Source of the DNA: a virus
Lineage: Duplodnaviria > Caudoviricetes
Direction: 5' to 3' (one strand)
Virus record (IMG/VR): IMGVR_UViG_3300045410_000131
Span: 1-46,309 of that record
Length of the DNA stretch: 46,309 bases
Positions 45,646-46,309 of this stretch are shown here, piece after piece. A model generated the notes under the pieces. That model did no database searches. It worked only from the letters and a program-made list of their open reading frames with translations, and was not told the DNA's origin. The position numbers and the translations under genes are program-made. How positions within the stretch are numbered: the first letter of the stretch is position 1; every line of letters begins with the position of its first letter.

Positions 45646-46209
45646 TTATGGAATACCCTCGTGCTCGATAATCTCTTCGGCCAGCGCTTCCCACTGATTT
45701 GCCGGCTGCCCCTTCGGCACTTGTGGCGCCGAGATAGGAGGCGGCCCAGCGGGACGACGCGAGCCGTTCCCTTTTGGGAGAGACGCATCTGGAATAGGAA
45801 TCTGTTTGGTTAGGTGAATGTAAGAGCCTACCGCATTGATGCGCTCTTCGAGGCTTTTGGTCGGATTGAGCTGCGTGTACATCCGCGCTACTGACTCAAT
45901 CTCCCCCGCAAGGTCGCTTCGCGACCTTAGCGCTGGCCACTTCGTAAAGAACGCCTCTTCAACGGCCCGATTAGTCTCGAGACCCTTCAACATTTGTGGC
46001 AAATAGTTCGCCATCATCTGCCCCGACGCGACAACCGCATCGAGGTACACCCTCGCCAACATCTTCGGAATAGCCTTCTCCGGCTCCGAATTCAAACCTT
46101 CCAGTTCTCCCTCTCCCAGCGAGTATTTACTCGCCATCTGTTCTTCCGCTTGCATACGCCACTCATCGAAAGAGAGCGCCGGGACGGCACTTGGGGCAGG
46201 CTGGGCCTG
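45646..46209 (-). CDS. Capsid scaffolding protein, 3' part (continues from 334..23)
   Basis: No in-frame stop from 46155 to window end; directly upstream of MCP. Confidence 0.75.
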   Translation of the reverse strand, partial: QAQPAPSAVPALSFDEWRMQAEEQMASKYSLGEGELEGLNSEPEKAIPKMLARVYLDAVVASGQMMANYLPQMLKGLETNRAVEEAFFTKWPALRSRSDLAGEIESVARMYTQLNPTKSLEERINAVGSYIHLTKQIPIPDASLPKGNGSRRPAGPPPISAPQVPKGQPANQWEALAEEIIEHEGIP

Positions 46210-46309
46210 CCCCTCGACTCTCTTTCCTTCCTCTGGCTTAGGCCCTTCAGGTGGAGGGGTTTCCTTTACAGGAACTTCTTCCTTTGTCCCCTCTTCCTGC
46301 GCCCCTTCT
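46210..46309. repeat. 100-bp terminal direct repeat (copy 2)
   Basis: Identical to 23-122. Confidence 0.95.

Noticed and set aside
1-46309. Stop-codon reassignment, integrase or tRNA genes
   Set aside because: Core genes are intact in the standard code with all three stops used; no recombinase or tRNA pattern recognised

Overview
The window is an apparently complete, circularly assembled ~46.19-kb GC-rich tailed-phage genome with podovirus-like gene order. Bases 23-122 repeat exactly at 46210-46309 and the scaffold gene reads through the junction. There are two divergent arms. The + arm (~5.9-24.1 kb) has sigma70-type early promoters, small accessory genes, a GH108 endolysin, a PD-(D/E)XK exonuclease, a DHH phosphoesterase, an AAA ATPase plus SSB-like gene, a GH56-like hydrolase, a ParB-methyltransferase fusion, a UDG-PolA fusion and a DUF3987-like ATPase. 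The - arm carries terS, a nuclease, terL, portal, scaffold, capsid, holin, modular fibre proteins, tail proteins, ejection proteins and a ~2100-aa internal virion protein. I recognised no integrase, primase, RNA polymerase, tRNA or CRISPR array. The most striking unexplained signals are: (i) a genome-wide family of GC-rich hairpins with a C(GAA/AAA/AAG)G triloop, often at gene starts, inside genes, or between local duplications; (ii) a 16-bp AT-rich palindrome family placed co-directionally upstream of four gene blocks; (iii) two paralogous hyaluronidase (GH56)-like domains, one in the early arm and one on a modular virion protein. All family calls come from motif recognition by eye, not from database searches.
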